A stretch of 64,000 bases of DNA. Source: an uncultured Actinomycetota bacterium. GTDB lineage: Bacteria; Actinomycetota; Acidimicrobiia; Spongiisociales; UBA4744. Each line of letters begins with the position of its first letter. Position 1 is the stretch's first letter. The DNA lies in assembly GCA_963823915.1 (NCBI GenBank), contig CAWGNJ010000006.1, positions 82,225-146,224 of the forward strand. Direction: 5' to 3'. Of the stretch, positions 10,996 to 20,879 are shown piece by piece. A model generated the notes under the pieces. That model worked only from the letters and a program-made list of their open reading frames with translations. It ran no database searches and was not told where the DNA came from. The translations under genes and the position numbers were made by a program.

Positions 10996-11062
10996 TGGGT
11001 CTTCAAAACCGGTGGGGGGTCGAAAGGTCCCCGGCGGGTTCGATTCCCGTCCGCCTCCGCCA
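10996..11062 (+). tRNA. 3' partial tRNA-Sec (selC-like) lacking the 5' acceptor/D-arm: anticodon arm, long variable arm, T-arm, 8-nt acceptor strand, G73, CCA
   Basis: Anticodon loop CTTCAAA (UCA anticodon). Variable-arm hairpin GGGGGTC-GAAA-GGTCCCC. T-arm GCGGG-TTCGATT-CCCGT. Then CCGCCTCC-G-CCA, laid out in parallel with E. coli selC ...GCAGGTTCGACTCCTGTGATCTTCCGCCA. No complementary GGAGGCGG 5' strand upstream. Confidence 0.5.
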
Positions 11063-11137
11063 AAGTCTTCTGATTGCAGCTACCCCTCGCCTGGGCTGTG
11101 GTGACAAATAGGGGGCGGGAGCTACGCTCGCCTTCTG

Positions 11138-12197
11138 ATGTCGCCTCCGACCCTCGCATCCAATCAGCTCCGGGTAGCGATGCTTGCCCCGATCTCGTGG
11201 CGGGTTCCGCCGCGGCACTACGGGCCGTGGGAGCAATTTGTCTCACTGCTCACCGAGGGGCTGGTCAGCCGGGGAGTTGACGTGACCCTGTTCGCCGCGG
11301 CCGACTCGGTGACGCGGCGCGGCTCGGTCGGGAACCGCCCCGACGGGATACTCCGAAGACGCAGGGTTGGACCCGAAGGTCTGGGAGAGCTTGCACATCT
11401 CGGCCGTTTTCGAACGGGCCGAAGAATTCGATGTGATTCACAACAGCTTCGATTTCCTACCGCTCACCTACAGCGGTCTGGTCGAAACCCCGGTGGTCAC
11501 AACCATCCACGGATTCTCGTCCGAGCGGATCGTGCCTGTCTTCGAGAAATACAACGATCGTGGCTACTACGTGGCGATCAGCGACGCCGACCGGCACGAG
11601 AAGCTCGACTACGTGGCCACGATCCACCATGGCATCGACATGCAGGCGTTTGCGGTGCGTCCGGAGGTCGGCGACTACTTGTTGTTCTTCGGGAGGATCC
11701 ATCCCGACAAGGGAACTGTCGAAGCCATCGAGGTGGCCGAAAGAGCCGGCATACCGCTGACTATCGCAGGGATCATCCAGGATGATGATTACTTCGAGCG
11801 GTTGGTGAAACCCCGGGTAGATGGAGAGCAAGTCACCTACATCGGCCCGGTGGGTCCCGGCGCCCGCGGGGGACTGCTAGGCGGTGCCCGGGCACTCCTG
11901 CACCTCATCAACTTCGACGAGCCGTTCGGGTTCAGTGTGGTTGAGGCGATGGCCTGTGGGACTCCGGTGATCGCCCATCCCCGAGGATCGATGTCCGAAC
12001 TGATACGCGCCGGCGAGAACGGGTTCTTGGTGGGTTCCGTCGGGGAGGCCGTTGCAGCCGTCCACGCCTCGGCCGAAATTGATCGGCTGGCGGTGCGGAG
12101 GTCGGTCGAGCATCGTTTCGACGTCAGCCGGATGATCGATGAGTACCTCGCCGTCTATCACCGCGTTGTGGAGCACCGCCGGACGGGTCGGGTGTGA
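11138..12197 (+). CDS. GT4-family glycosyltransferase, with a frameshift near 11330
   Basis: N-terminus LRVAMLAPISWRVPPRHYGPWEQFVSLLTEGL reads in one frame. The rest reads from SEDAGLDPKVWESLH onward in another, with EPFGFSVVEAMACGTPVIA (EX7E). The break is at a CGCCCC run. Confidence 0.75.
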
Positions 12198-12200
12198 AGG

Positions 12201-13448
12201 GTGGCAGTGTCCGCTGATCCGGGCCGGCCGGTCCCAACGGAGCGTTTTCGGCTGGGCGTCAACTACTGGCCCGCTCGCACTGCCATGGGCTGGTGGACAG
12301 ACTTCGATGCCGCCGAGGTTGGCATTGACTTCCGCGTGCTTGCGGCCGCCGGCTTCGATTCGGTCAGAGTGTTCCTCACCTGGGAGGATTTTCAGCCCAC
12401 CCCGAAGAGCGTGCACACCGGAATGCTCGAACGGCTGATCACGGCGGCGGATCTGGCCGGGCGGGCGGGCTTGGCCTTGATGCCCACTCTCTTCACCGGC
12501 CACATGAGCGGAGTGAACTGGATCCCGGCCTGGGCCCTCGGTGGCTCGGATGGCGACGACCGCTTCCGGGTGATGTCAGGGGGCAAGATCACCCGAGCGG
12601 GCTTGCGGAACTGGTACGCGGATCCAGAGGTCGGGCGGGCCCAAGCGCTGCTGGCGGGAGTAGCGGCGACCGCGCTGGCCGGCCACGAGGCGGTGTGGGC
12701 GTGGGACCTTGGCAACGAAAACTCGAACTGCGTGATACCGCCGAACCGATCGTCGGCTCAGGACTGGTTGAAGCAAATGACCGCGGCGATTCGCACCGCC
12801 GACCCGGCAGTTCTCGTAACCATCGGCCTGCACATGGAGGACCTGGAAGAGGACCGGATGCTCGGTCCGGGGGAGGCCGCCGAGGAGTGCGATTTCCTAA
12901 CCATGCACGGCTACCCGATCTACGCTCGCTGGGCGGAGGGTCCCACAGATGAGCACTTGCTGCCCTTCCTAGCCCACCTGACCCGCTGGCTGGGAGGGGG
13001 TCCTGATGTTCTCTTCTCAGAGTTCGGCTTGCCGACCTGTCCGCGGGCTGGTCCGGAGGGGGAGGAAGTCTGCCGGGACAGGCCTGCGGTGCTCGTCGAA
13101 GAGCGAGCCGCAGCCGCCTACACGGAACGAGCCCTATTCGCTCTCCGCGGGGCCGGTTGCACCGGGGCCATGCTGTGGTGTTACACGGACTACGTCCCGG
13201 CCATCTGGGTCGAACCTCCTTTCGACATTGCGACCCACGAGCGTTCGTTCGGACTTTGGCGAGCCGATGGTTCACCCAAACCGTCTGTGGAGGTTGTGGA
13301 GGCGTTCACCGGAGTAGACCAAGTCGCCGGCCCTGACGGCTACTCCTGGATCGATATTGCACCGGACGACTTCTATTCCACGCCTGGTGAGCACCTCGCG
13401 TGTCTCTACCGTCGCTATCGGACGAGTGAAGTGACTAACGCTCCGTAA
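12201..13448 (+). CDS. TIM-barrel glycoside hydrolase, GH5-like (possible beta-mannanase/cellulase family)
   Basis: LGVNYWP...DSVRVFLTWEDFQP; WDLGNENS is an NEP-type catalytic acid motif. GTG start 4 nt after the GT4 stop. Confidence 0.65.
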   Translation: MAVSADPGRPVPTERFRLGVNYWPARTAMGWWTDFDAAEVGIDFRVLAAAGFDSVRVFLTWEDFQPTPKSVHTGMLERLITAADLAGRAGLALMPTLFTGHMSGVNWIPAWALGGSDGDDRFRVMSGGKITRAGLRNWYADPEVGRAQALLAGVAATALAGHEAVWAWDLGNENSNCVIPPNRSSAQDWLKQMTAAIRTADPAVLVTIGLHMEDLEEDRMLGPGEAAEECDFLTMHGYPIYARWAEGPTDEHLLPFLAHLTRWLGGGPDVLFSEFGLPTCPRAGPEGEEVCRDRPAVLVEERAAAAYTERALFALRGAGCTGAMLWCYTDYVPAIWVEPPFDIATHERSFGLWRADGSPKPSVEVVEAFTGVDQVAGPDGYSWIDIAPDDFYSTPGEHLACLYRRYRTSEVTNAP

Positions 13449-14615
13449 GCCGGGTGAGGAGATCGTCGAGTGGCACGGTGGCAATGCCGGCTCCGACGTC
13501 CGAGAACCCGTAGGGAAGAACGAGATGGTTCCCGTGAATCATGCTCCCGCACGAGTACACGACGTTGGGCACATATCCGTCGCGTTCGTCTTCGGCTGGT
13601 TCGAGCAGTGGCTCGTTCAGGTGGCCGATGAGGCGGCACGGATCCTGGATGTCGAGAAGGATGGCTCCCAACGTGTAGCGGCGCAGCGGTCCCACTGCAT
13701 GGGTGATCACCAACCACCCGGCCTCGGTCTCCAGCGGCGAACCGCAGTTGCCGAGTTGCACGAGTTCCCAAGGGCGTTCGGGTTCCTGGATCTTCTCGGT
13801 TTCGTGCCAGAAACGTACGTTGTCTGAGAGCATGAGGTAGTTGTTCTCGTTGTCCTGGCGGGCCAGGGCCGCAAAACGGCCGTCGATCTTGCGCGGGAAC
13901 AGGGCAATGCCCTTGTTGTGCGCCGCGTTTCCATTGAGGGTGGCGACACGAAAAGTCACGAAGTCCGGGGTTTCTATGAGTTGCGGGAAGGATTTGGATC
14001 CCGTCGAACGCCGTATAGGTGGCGAAATAGACCACCACCCCGTCGTCATCAGTGAAACGAACGAAGCGGGCGTCTTCCATCCCGTGGCTCTCCGTCGGGC
14101 CCGCCGGGAACATCACTCGTTCCGAGATCTCGGAATCTGTCGGGAAGGTGCTCGCGTAGTTCGAAGACGCCAGCCAGTGGATGACCTTGATGGTCTGAAA
14201 GGCGACGGCACGATCCACGCCCTGGCGATCGAGATCCCCGATAGCCGCCTCGAGCTGCTCGAAAGTGAAATGAGAAGGAAGCGGATCGAGACACATGCGA
14301 GATGATGTCATTGAACGCCCCCAACTCCTCGAGCTTGGTCGACAAGACGTGTTTGTCGTAGATAGGGGACCTGCGACGGGCGGTCATGGCGTATCGACTG
14401 GGCTCGTCCATCTTGATCTTTCCGTGGGCGTCGATCACGCCCGAGCGGAACTCGACGGACGAGACGTGTCCCTCGCCGATTGCCCGCAGACTCATGACGA
14501 ACCGTTGTTCCCCCGGATCCAGACCAACCTGATCGGGGGCCGGGACAATCGACGGATTGCTGAGGGAAGCCGCCTCAATCGAGTACTCGTGAGTGAAGTA
14601 TGCCCCGATCAGCAA
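13435..14615 (-). CDS. GH130-family glycoside phosphorylase (beta-mannoside phosphorylase-like), split over three frames
   Basis: EDARFVRFTDDDGVVVYFATYTAFDG, GIALFPRKIDGRF and VPNVVYSCGSMIHGNHLVLPYGFSD are GH130 hallmarks. One break lies in a CCCC run near 13975. Confidence 0.65.
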
Positions 14616-14987
14616 ACGTCGTTCCGGGAGAGATCGTTGGGGTCAATGTGCCCGGCCACCAACGCGAAGTTGCCCTCGAGAATGCTGCTGAGGTCTTCGT
14701 GCCGGCCTGCAAACCGGTCCTGGGCGGCTTCAGAGTGGAGGTCACCTCCTGCTCCGACATGGCCAGGATCCGCTTGATGATGAGCTGCACGCGTGACCGC
14801 CCGTCTGGAAAGACCTGCTTCCCCGGCAAGAACGGTTTGGTGATCACGCGCTGGCGGATCGGGAGTGAGCCGCACCGGGGTGCGCGTGACGGGATTGGGT
14901 TCATGTTGTGGATCGCTTGTCTCTGACTGTCGGCGCCGTTGGCTGTGCGCGGAAACGCCAGAGCAGAGCGTAGGCGACCCGCAGGGC

Positions 14988-16124
14988 TCAGGCCACGGAC
15001 CTTGCCCTCCGGCGCGCCTCGGTCCGATCAACTCCTTCTGCCTGCTGTAGCGCCGCCAGAGCGGCGAGGGTTGACTCGGCCCCCTGGTTCAGGTTGGTGT
15101 AGTCGGGACCCAGGCCATCCCCGCAACCCCCGGTATGCGGGTCGTAGAGGGTCGCTCCGGTGTCGTTGGCACCCAGGAACCACTGAGCCGCTTGGTGGAC
15201 CCGATCCCTCCACCGACGGTCGTCGGTCAGTGACCAGGCCCGGCGGCAGGCATCAGCCATGGCGGTGGCCTCGACCGGTTGCTGGTCGAAGCCCGGCCGG
15301 GGTTCGCCAGGCGCCCACCCACCGGCAGGGGTGAAGCTGAATTGACCGTCGCGCGTTTCCGTGGACACCAACCACTCGAGCAAGCGAAGGCCTGCGGCGA
15401 CGAGGCCGTCGTCGGAGAGGAACGCACCTGCCGCCAGAAGGGCTTCGGGGATGCGAGCGTTGTCGTAGGCGAGCCGATCCTCCGGCCACGGCCAGAGGGC
15501 ATCATCTCGCACATGGAGGTTGCCGACGCACCGCTCCAGAATCTGCCGGGCGGGGCGATGATCAGGCGAGAAACTCAGCACTTCGCTGGCCCCCAACACT
15601 GCGAAAGCATTCGCTCGGGGAGACGGTGAACGGAAGTCTTTTTGCTTGTCGAACATTTCCAGCCCAATTTCACGCATCCAGGAAGCCAAACCGAGGCGCG
15701 CTACCGACCCCAGTGCCCACAGCGCCCGGCCTTGGGAGTCGTCCGATCCCACCTCATCGGCCCAAGACCCGTCCGAGCTGCGCCGGTTGTGGAAGCCACC
15801 ATCCGGCAGTTGGGCGTCTTGCAGGAACGTCAGATACACCCCGGCCAGCTCGACGAGACCAGAAGACGGATCGGGCTGACGGCTCACGACGATGAGTGCC
15901 CGAGCATTGTCGTCCGTGCAATAGCCGTGCTCGAGGCGCGGGGTGGTGAAACGAGCGTGTTCCCAAAGGCCCCGACGATCGGTCATCCGTCCCAGGTGAT
16001 CGAACCGAGCCCTCGGCAAAGTACCCGTATGGATTACGCCGGTTGAAAGGTTCGACCGCACAGATTCCTCCCCTGGTACGAGACGACTAAGCCGGCCGTC
16101 AACTGACCTGGGCGAAGGCATCAA
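14988..16124 (-). CDS. (alpha/alpha)6-barrel glycoside hydrolase/epimerase-like protein
   Basis: 378-aa ORF with DDNARALIV, YDNARIPEALL and NLNQGAESTLAALAAL motifs, typical of six-hairpin glycosidase/AGE-like folds. A 4-nt overlap with the upstream GT4 indicates an operon. Confidence 0.55.
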   Translation of the reverse strand: MMPSPRSVDGRLSRLVPGEESVRSNLSTGVIHTGTLPRARFDHLGRMTDRRGLWEHARFTTPRLEHGYCTDDNARALIVVSRQPDPSSGLVELAGVYLTFLQDAQLPDGGFHNRRSSDGSWADEVGSDDSQGRALWALGSVARLGLASWMREIGLEMFDKQKDFRSPSPRANAFAVLGASEVLSFSPDHRPARQILERCVGNLHVRDDALWPWPEDRLAYDNARIPEALLAAGAFLSDDGLVAAGLRLLEWLVSTETRDGQFSFTPAGGWAPGEPRPGFDQQPVEATAMADACRRAWSLTDDRRWRDRVHQAAQWFLGANDTGATLYDPHTGGCGDGLGPDYTNLNQGAESTLAALAALQQAEGVDRTEARRRARSVA

Positions 16125-17305
16125 GGACTTCCTGGGGTCGCTTGGCGGTGGTGAGAGTTCGGGTCGTGATGTGGCGGGTTGCCAGCTTGGTCGCCAGGTG
16201 ATCGTATCGGCGGGCGATGGCAGGCCAGTACAGGGTTGATCCGATCAGATTTGCTTCCACGGCCATCCTGGCCGTCGGGCGCGGGATGGGTGAACACCCT
16301 CCGGAGGGCGGCCGTCATTGCTAGTGCATCACCATGCGGGACGACAATCCCGGCCCCGGTACCGAGGAGCTCAACGGCGTGGGGGAAGGCGGTGGCGATG
16401 ACCGGCTTGCCTGCTGCGAGAGCTTCGACCAGCACTCCTGACGTGACCTGTTCGGTGGACTCGTAGGGAAGCAATACCAGATCGGCCTGGCGGACCGCCA
16501 CGGCAAGAGCGTCGGTGTCGAGATACCGGCCGTCAAACTCGACGACATCATCCAGCCCGAGATCATGGACCCGGGCGACGAGTCCCTGGAGATAGGCATC
16601 GCCTTGGGACGCCTGGACCTTGGGATGCGTCTTGCCCAAAATGATGTAGCGGGGAAGGGGACGGAGCTCTCGAAGACCCGCGACGGCGTCGATGGCCATT
16701 TCCAAACCCTTGCCCGGCCCGATGAGGCCCCACGTGAGCACGACTGGGCGAGTTCCGCTCGCCAAGGACGGGCCACTCAGACTGACCCGCGCCCCGTGCG
16801 GGACCATGCGAACTTTGGCCGGGTCGATCCGGTAGCCGTCGACGAGTCGCCGGCGGGCTGTATCGCTCATCACGATCGTCCGCTCCGTCAGGGCGACCAC
16901 CTTCTCCAGGATCGACCGTTGGCTTGGGCTGGGTTGGCTGAGCACAGTGTGTAGCGTGACGACCGCCGGGATTGCCAAGCCTGCCAGCAGGTCGAGAACC
17001 TCGCTGCCGTCGGGTCCGCCGTAGATCCCATACTCGTGCTGGACGAACACCGCGTCGAAGGAATTGAGAGCTTCGATCGCCCCCACCAGGGAAGCGCGGT
17101 CGCCGTTGAGATGTTCGTGTACGACTTCCTGTTTGAGCTCGCCGCGCTGGCCGTCCGCCAAGCTCACCACGCCCAGGCCCTCGTCGGAGCCCCGCCCTTC
17201 GGCGACGGCCCCGCGCAAAGCGGCCGCGAACGTCGCCAACCCACACGAAGTCGGCGGGTAGGTACTCAAGAATGCGATCGATGGTCGCTCGCTGTTATGC
17301 CTCAT
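16121..17305 (-). CDS. GT4-family glycosyltransferase
   Basis: N-terminus STYPPTSCGLATFAAAL. C-terminal E-x7-E region TSGVLVEALAAGKPVIATAFPHAVEL. Confidence 0.8.
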   Translation of the reverse strand: MRHNSERPSIAFLSTYPPTSCGLATFAAALRGAVAEGRGSDEGLGVVSLADGQRGELKQEVVHEHLNGDRASLVGAIEALNSFDAVFVQHEYGIYGGPDGSEVLDLLAGLAIPAVVTLHTVLSQPSPSQRSILEKVVALTERTIVMSDTARRRLVDGYRIDPAKVRMVPHGARVSLSGPSLASGTRPVVLTWGLIGPGKGLEMAIDAVAGLRELRPLPRYIILGKTHPKVQASQGDAYLQGLVARVHDLGLDDVVEFDGRYLDTDALAVAVRQADLVLLPYESTEQVTSGVLVEALAAGKPVIATAFPHAVELLGTGAGIVVPHGDALAMTAALRRVFTHPAPDGQDGRGSKSDRINPVLACHRPPIRSPGDQAGNPPHHDPNSHHRQATPGSP

Positions 17306-17604
17306 GAAATGCTCATCCTCTCAAACGGTCGCCAGTGGCGCCGGTTGATTGATGCGACAGCGATTGTCGATGCGGGCGGAGAGGATCAACTCTGGGAGGT
17401 CCGCGGGGCGATGACAAGCTGAGGCTGGGGCCGCCTTGAATACCCAAGTATACTCGGAGCCCGGGTCTATCGATACTCAAGATGGACATCTTCAGCGCTT
17501 TGGGCGATCGCCGCTCGCGCTCTCCGCCCGACCTTTGCAGTACTCCTCCTTCTCAAACGGACCAGGGTGTGTTGTGATGCAAGAAGAGGTCGGCGGAGAC
17601 AGTC

Positions 17605-18072
17605 GTGAGGTTCTTCATCCCATATCTGCGAGACGCCCCTAAAGCCGCGGAGGCCGAATGGCAGGAGTACCTGCGAGAGGTGTCCGCACCAGCCGACAGC
17701 AAGCGGGCGTACTCCGTCGTGTACCACCACGAAAGCTCCAAGGTCATCGCCACCGTTGGCGAACGACGACTCGTCTACGCCTCCGAGCCCGGACCTCGAG
17801 GCGAGTACACACAAACCGCCGACCCCGAACCGGTCGAAAGACGAACGGGGCCGGAGATCTCCGCGATCATCGACACCGGACACGACCTCATTTACCTCAT
17901 CTACGTTTGGTTCTACGGGGCACCTTTCGGCGAGTGGGCCAATCCAAGCCTCATCGGGAGATCCGAGGTCGAGGACATCGAGTACTTCGAGAACGCCCAA
18001 TTGGCGGCCCCGCATTTCCGTCTGGATCTGCACGCGTGTCCGACCACGACCCAAATGGCCTCGAGGCTATGA
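17605..18072 (+). CDS. hypothetical protein
   Basis: ORF with balanced aromatic-rich composition and a GTG start. No recognisable motif. Confidence 0.4.
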   Translation: MRFFIPYLRDAPKAAEAEWQEYLREVSAPADSKRAYSVVYHHESSKVIATVGERRLVYASEPGPRGEYTQTADPEPVERRTGPEISAIIDTGHDLIYLIYVWFYGAPFGEWANPSLIGRSEVEDIEYFENAQLAAPHFRLDLHACPTTTQMASRL

Positions 18073-18256
18073 GAGACGGTTAGCGGTCTTTTGAATGCAT
18101 CCCTGCGGTTTGCGCATCAAGAAGAAGCCCAGACGTGCCGTTTGCCTACTGGACTATCCGGTCTGGCTCAATTCGAGATACGTCTGATGGGTGGTCTGGG
18201 GAAGGCAGTCCGGTCGCCCAGTCGGGTCGATCAGATTGCGGCAGCCCCGTCCCACC

Positions 18257-18844
18257 TCAGGCTGGTTTGTCGAGGATGGTCATGAACTGCAGGCCTAGGG
18301 CCGGGGCGAGCTTGCTTCCGCGGTGCGTCAGTAGCGACTCCGCCACTAGCTCCTTGACGCGCCGTGGCGTCAGCCGGTGGACGTGTACCCGACCGGCCAT
18401 GAAGGGATTCTTGTGCAGCCTGATGGCCGCTCCCATGGCTTGCATCCCGCGGAAGAGTTCCCAGGGGTAGACGATGATCGCCAAGCCTCCCGGCTTGAGC
18501 ACCCGGGAGATCTCGGCGACAAAGGCCCGGACGTCGGCCACATGTTCGATGGTGTGGAGCGAAAAGACTTTGTCGAAGGTGGCATCGGCGAAGCGAAGGT
18601 TGGTGACGTCGCCCAATTCGACGTTCTCGGTGACGGCCGTCGCCACGGAGTCCGCGCTGATATCGACACCGACGACATGGCTCGTGTGTGCCTCCAAAGC
18701 CTTGAGGTAGAAGCCCCGTGAGCATCCGACATCCAGGATCCGGTCCTCGGGTGACGGCTCCAGATGTTGGACGAGCACCCTGAAAAGGGAGGCATTGAAG
18801 TTGAACGACATCCGATACCCTTCTTCGGTCGTTCGTCTAGACAT
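18257..18844 (-). CDS. class I SAM-dependent methyltransferase
   Basis: Motif I ILDVGCSRG; post-I acidic D in VGVD; LKPGG motif. Confidence 0.8.
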   Translation of the reverse strand: MSRRTTEEGYRMSFNFNASLFRVLVQHLEPSPEDRILDVGCSRGFYLKALEAHTSHVVGVDISADSVATAVTENVELGDVTNLRFADATFDKVFSLHTIEHVADVRAFVAEISRVLKPGGLAIIVYPWELFRGMQAMGAAIRLHKNPFMAGRVHVHRLTPRRVKELVAESLLTHRGSKLAPALGLQFMTILDKPA

Positions 18845-18963
18845 GGGATCTCATCTGTGGCGGCTCGAGCTGAAGGCAGCGTACCTTCGGTCCACCGCAG
18901 GTTGAGAGCCCGTGCCGCGGTAACCTGAGCGTCGCACGGCAACGCGCAACCAGGGAACCCGGG

Positions 18964-19782
18964 ATGAATTCAGATACATCATTCGCCGAATTGGTCAAAG
19001 GTCGCCGCACCGAGCTCGGCCTGAGCCAGGCCTCGTTGGCGGAGCTGGTCGGCCGCTCCTCCTCGGCGATCCGCAGCTGGGAGAGGGGCGCGTCGACACC
19101 CACGGACGAGAACGTTGTGCGTTCGCTGGCTGCGGTGCTGGGTATTGACGAAGTCACCCTCCGCAGCGCCGTAGGTCTACCTCCTGAAGCTCCGATCGAA
19201 GCGCCTGAGGAGGTCGGAGGCAGTGCCCTGGAGGCATTCGAAGAAGAAACTGTCGGCGGGGACAAAGAGGAAGAAGAAGCTGTAGAACCGGAAACTGCTG
19301 GTGGGGACGAAGTCTCGTCGGAAGAGGACGAGGAAGCTTCGGTGTTCGAAGAAACCACGCCGGGACCCGCCGAAGATGAAGAGGCCGTGACGCTCGACGA
19401 AGCGGTACCTCAGGCCGGAGATGACGCAGAAGTGGACGCGGGAGCACAGGCCACCGAAGTCGACGAGGTGGAGGAGGCGCCGGAAACGGACGCGATCCTC
19501 ATCTCTCCTCCTCTCGAAGTACCGACTCCGACCATGGAGCCGATGATGCCGGCCGCGGCCTCGCAGGCTTCACCGACTGCGACGATTCCCGTTGCTGCCC
19601 CGCCGACTCAACCCATTCGGCCCTCATATCTCGATGATCCCGATCAGATGATGACCTACTGGATCCGGGCGGCTATGACGGTGGCCTTCGCGGTGTTCCT
19701 CCTCATCGTCTTTTTCTGGGCGCTCGGCAGATTGGGCGACGCGATCGGTGAGGTTTGGGAGATCTTCAAAGCCGGCGCCTAG
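18964..19782 (+). CDS. XRE-type HTH protein with long acidic low-complexity linker and C-terminal transmembrane anchor (RodZ-like architecture)
   Basis: N-terminal LSQASLAELVGRSSSAIRSWERG is an HTH. About 100 residues of E/D/A/P-rich linker follow. C-terminal TM AAMTVAFAVFLLIVFFWALG. Confidence 0.7.
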   Translation: MNSDTSFAELVKGRRTELGLSQASLAELVGRSSSAIRSWERGASTPTDENVVRSLAAVLGIDEVTLRSAVGLPPEAPIEAPEEVGGSALEAFEEETVGGDKEEEEAVEPETAGGDEVSSEEDEEASVFEETTPGPAEDEEAVTLDEAVPQAGDDAEVDAGAQATEVDEVEEAPETDAILISPPLEVPTPTMEPMMPAAASQASPTATIPVAAPPTQPIRPSYLDDPDQMMTYWIRAAMTVAFAVFLLIVFFWALGRLGDAIGEVWEIFKAGA

Positions 19783-20057
19783 CCGGGTCTGCCGCGCTCG
19801 CGAGACAAATCTCTTGATATCAGAACGCGGAAAGTGATATAACACCACTATCAGTGGCGGCGGGGGGCAGTCCGAAGAAAGGACTGGCCGTGGAAGATCG
19901 GGAACTGTGGGATCCGGTCATGCTCGAGGAATACCTCGCCGGCATCGAATTGGGTGTCGACGGAGACCAGGTGCTCGAGCTTCGTCGCCGAGTGCTCGGT
20001 CGTACGCTGCCGATGTTGATCCCCGGAGATGACCACCATCTGGACTAGAGGTGAGTC

Positions 20058-20879
20058 CTAGGCTCCGATGATGGTCCGGACGGCGAGGGCGAGGCCTGCC
20101 ACGGCCGACACGATCAAGATTCCGCGCCGGATGGCCGCATCTGCGATGCGGCCCGTGATCCAACGGCTGGAGTAGAGGCCGATGGCCAGCGCCGGGAGCA
20201 ACATCGCCGCGGTGGTGATGTCTTCGCGATGGATCTGACCAGCCACCGCCAGCGCCGTTACATTGATGGTGATGCCCACCGAGAAGATGGCGGCCAAGCT
20301 GGAACGGAGCGTTTCCCCCGGACTGTGTTGGTAGAGAAAGGCCAAAGGCGGGCCGCCGATGGCTGAGGTCGTGCCTGAGATACCAGAGGCCACGCCGGCG
20401 ATGATCTGATTGCGGCGCGTTTGCCTAACCGACCATCCGGCTGCCATGGCAACTGCCGCGGCCAGGACGATTCCTGCGATAACGCCGTCCAGGGTGCGTT
20501 GAGCGAGAAAACCAAGGAGCAACACGCCGGCAATTGCTCCGGGGAGCCGTCCGGTCAGAACCCAAGCCGCTCCCTTGAGGTCGATGTGTTGGCGTTCGCG
20601 GACCAACATGAAGATGGTCATGGGGAAGGTCATGAGGACTTGAGGTATTGGGGTGAATCCGCTGTTGAGGAGGGTGAGGATCGGCACCGACACCATGGCA
20701 AACCCCACGCCGACGGTGCCTTGCAAGGCGGCCGCGGCGGCCGTGACCAGGAGCGCAATGATGATTTCGAATGTATTGAACACGGCGTCTTCCGGCGGCG
20801 GACAGCGGAGTATTGCAGGAGGCGGTCCACCCACTGAATCAAATGCCGACAGGTAGGCTCGGCCCGATGGCTCCCCCAA
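20058..20879 (-). CDS. TSUP-family (TauE/SafE, DUF81) anion exporter membrane protein
   Basis: Eight TM helices. Internal repeat with GxxxG-rich helices typical of the TauE/SafE family. The N-terminus probably starts later than the annotated M. Confidence 0.7.
   Translation of the reverse strand: MGEPSGRAYLSAFDSVGGPPPAILRCPPPEDAVFNTFEIIIALLVTAAAAALQGTVGVGFAMVSVPILTLLNSGFTPIPQVLMTFPMTIFMLVRERQHIDLKGAAWVLTGRLPGAIAGVLLLGFLAQRTLDGVIAGIVLAAAVAMAAGWSVRQTRRNQIIAGVASGISGTTSAIGGPPLAFLYQHSPGETLRSSLAAIFSVGITINVTALAVAGQIHREDITTAAMLLPALAIGLYSSRWITGRIADAAIRRGILIVSAVAGLALAVRTIIGA

Noticed and set aside
10843-11062. Possible tmRNA (ssrA) ending in the tRNA-like CCA structure
   Set aside because: No GGGG...UUCGAC 5' domain and no plausible tag-peptide reading frame ending in hydrophobic -AA before a stop. 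The 8-nt acceptor strand plus G73 plus UCA loop fit tRNA-Sec better, and only the 3' half is present.
16563-17246. 227-aa minus-strand ORF and neighbours inside the GT4 gene
   Set aside because: Alternate-frame artefacts of the high-GC GT4 coding region (R/G/P-rich).
19851-20039. 62-aa minus-strand ORF (MVVISGDQH...)
   Set aside because: Short, with no RBS or partner, and no recognisable motif beyond a vague GDQH. Probably non-coding or a remnant.
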